This document shows positions 61,732 to 64,000 of a stretch of 64,000 nucleotides of DNA, one piece after another. Where the stretch lies: positions 8,432,001 through 8,496,000 of the forward strand of contig CM059432.1 of the NCBI GenBank assembly GCA_030390025.1. The letters run 5' to 3'. Each line of letters starts with the position of its first letter. Position 1 is the first letter of the stretch. The position numbers and the translations under genes were made by a program. Below the pieces are notes generated by a model. It did no database searches, was not told the DNA's origin, and saw nothing but the letters and a program-made list of their open reading frames with translations. This DNA comes from Squalus acanthias. Lineage: Eukaryota.

Positions 61732-63099
61732 TTTTTGTTCATTCATGGGATGGGGGCATCGCTGGCAAGGCCAGCATTTATTACCCATCCCTAATTGCCC
61801 TCGAGAAGGTGGTGGTGAACCGCCTTCTTGAACCACTGCAGTCCGTGCGGTGAAGGTTTTCCTAGCGGTTTGATACAACTGAGTGGTTTGCTAGGATAAT
61901 TTCAGCGGGCGGTTAAGAGTCAACCACATTGCTGTGGGTCTGGAGTCACATATAGGCCAGACCGGATAAGGACGGCAGATTCCCTAAAGGACATTAGCGA
62001 ACCAGATGGGTTTTTAACAACGATCTGGTAATTTCACGGTCATCATTACTGATACTAGCTTTTTATTCCAGATTTATTTAATTAACTGAATTTAAATTTC
62101 CCCAGCCACCATGGTGGGATTTAAACTCATAGGGGGAAAAATTCAGTATCGCCCCGTTTGGGGCGCAATTATCGGCCGGGCGCAAAGATTAGCGCCTGGC
62201 GCTAATTATCGCCTCCAACTGCAAACTTGACTTTTATCGCCCCTGGAGGTGATTGGAGCGCTAAATCAGGCGCTACACATCTGTCTTAAGGCGCAAAGGC
62301 CGAGGAGTGAGGTGCTACCTCAGAGCGCTGGCGAAGCTCATGTGATGTCAGTCAGCAATGGAACACAGACACAATGGCGCCGGCCAGTTCTTAAAGGGGA
62401 GGGTTGATCTTGCTTTCCATCCACATCCTGCTCATTGCAGCCTTGAATCTCGGCCTGGAGAGACCTGCACATCAAATCTGCTGGAAAGAACAATGGAGAA
62501 GCCCAGGGAAAGAGCTCAGAGTGCAGCCCCCACAGTCTCTTCTAAATCGATACAAGGAAGGGCAAATCAAAATGAACCTGCAAAGTCCTGCTCAGTGCCC
62601 AAAACTCCTTCACACAGCGTTGAATCTCTCCAGAAGTCTCTCTCTCTCTCTCTCTCAGAATGCGTGGTTTAAAAATGTCACCAAGAAAAAAAGGCAGGAA
62701 GCAGTCGCCTTTAAATAGCGCTCCCCCAGTCCCTTCCTGACTGCAAAACGCTCCCCTCAACCTGTCGTTGCTAGCGGCAGGCGGTAAGGCAGGGGGCGCC
62801 ACTCAATATCCGCTCCGGGGTGCTACCGGGGCATTGCGCACTCGACTGACGTCACGATCTGCCGGCACAGTAGACCACGGCGGTAGTGTTTAGCGCCGCC
62901 GCAAAATGTCTAGTTAATTTCGCGAGCGGCGCAAACATCGCCGCGCCCGGGCGCTAGTTGCTTTGCGCCCCATTAGCGCCCTCTTAAGGGGCTAACGGGA
63001 GGCGCAACCAACTGAATTTTTCCCCCCATTTACTCCAGATTATCAGTTCAGGCCTCTGGATTGCTAGTCCAGTAACAAAATCGCCACGCTGCCATTCCC
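61732..63099 (-). mobile_element. tRNA-headed SINE sharing both 5' and 3' segments with the 52165 LINE; interrupted by MITE 62131-63026
   Basis: A-box-like TGGCAGCGTGG and B-box-like AGTTTAAATCC. 61867-61933 matches LINE 52165-52230; 61732-61860 matches the LINE 3' end. Confidence 0.75.
62131..63026 (+). mobile_element. Harbinger-type MITE, family A copy 2
   Basis: TIR GGGGGAAAAATTCAGT at both ends; flanked by CAT; colinear with 46920-47812. Confidence 0.9.
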
Positions 63100-63939
63100 T
63101 TTCCCATTGTGTGAAACCCACTTGCTTTTGTTTTACAGCTTTATCCATTTGTCCTCCCACTTTTAAAGGTTTAAGTATCTGAACTCTTAAGTCTCACTGC
63201 TCCTTTACTGATTTTAGAGTTTGTCGCATCACTAAGTTTTAATTGGAGCGCTCTCCTCGCCAAGACTGGCCAAATTGACATTTTTTATTCGCTGACATAA
63301 AAGATTTACTCTTGTGTTTAACCTACATTGAAACTTCCAAACTGATACCAATATTGCCCCAACAAAACCGATGTCTAAGCTGCCCATTATCCACACTGCA
63401 ATGAGACAGTAAAAACTGTTGATTGTTAAGGTAGGCCCTCCCCGTCCTCTCCCAATATGTTTATTAGAAAACTCACTCTGCACGGGTATAGAGCAAAGAT
63501 GGTCACTTACTTTGACATTTATGTCCTGCGAATGTTGGTGCCTTTGACGTATTTTGACTTGAAAGCACAGTTTGGAAGCTAATTGCAAATGGGATTTGTC
63601 AGTGAGACTGGAGGACGTGTTGGATGCTGGATGTGGGGTTTGTTGTGTGATTATTCACGAGTGTCTATTTAAGCACTGTGTTGTCATATTTCTACCGTCA
63701 CATTTACATAAGATGTCTCACAGGTATTCTGATGAATGAAACTTTATTGCGTGCATACAAATCATTATTTACATAATGAATGATGGTGTCACTGGCCTAC
63801 ACTGCTCGCAGTGGAAATCACTTGCTCATTTCCAGCAAGTATTATAGCTTCAGTCTATACATCTATCTCCCTGTGAACTGAAGATTAGTTTATTTATTAT
63901 ATAAACTTACCCTCTGATAAGTTATCCTAACGCGATATT

Positions 63940-64000
63940 CAAATTCTGCTGCTGAAACCCTCATCCATGCCTTTGTTACCTCCAGACTCAACTATTCCAA
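63940..64000 (+). mobile_element. L2 fragment (runs off the window)
   Basis: AAETLIHAFVTSRLNYS. Confidence 0.8.

Overview
This is eukaryotic DNA made up almost entirely of repeats. The repeat families (CR1 LINEs with octamer tails, Deu-domain tRNA SINEs, Penelope pLTRs, RTE, L2, Vingi-like, PIF/Harbinger elements and MITEs) suggest a cartilaginous fish (shark) intronic or intergenic region; this is inferred, not proven. No intact host gene could be identified, and nearly all long ORFs are transposon remnants or come from simple repeats. The best-supported unusual signal is a Penelope-like retroelement family with five TSD-flanked insertions. Three of them are fold-back palindromes (one a perfect 284-bp loopless palindrome) carrying minimal hammerhead-ribozyme motifs on both strands, and one carries the GIY-YIG endonuclease ORF. 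A second, unrelated minimal hammerhead motif lies at 21045-21081. Other notable items: a Harbinger element with a spliced Myb/SANT gene and related MITEs, a pair of ~215-bp solo-LTR-like elements with 5-bp TSDs, a tRNA-headed SINE built from both ends of a LINE in the window, a 38-bp inverted duplication at a LINE breakpoint, and a decayed C2H2 zinc-finger array between two tandem arrays. Boundaries of old repeats are approximate (about 10-30 bp).
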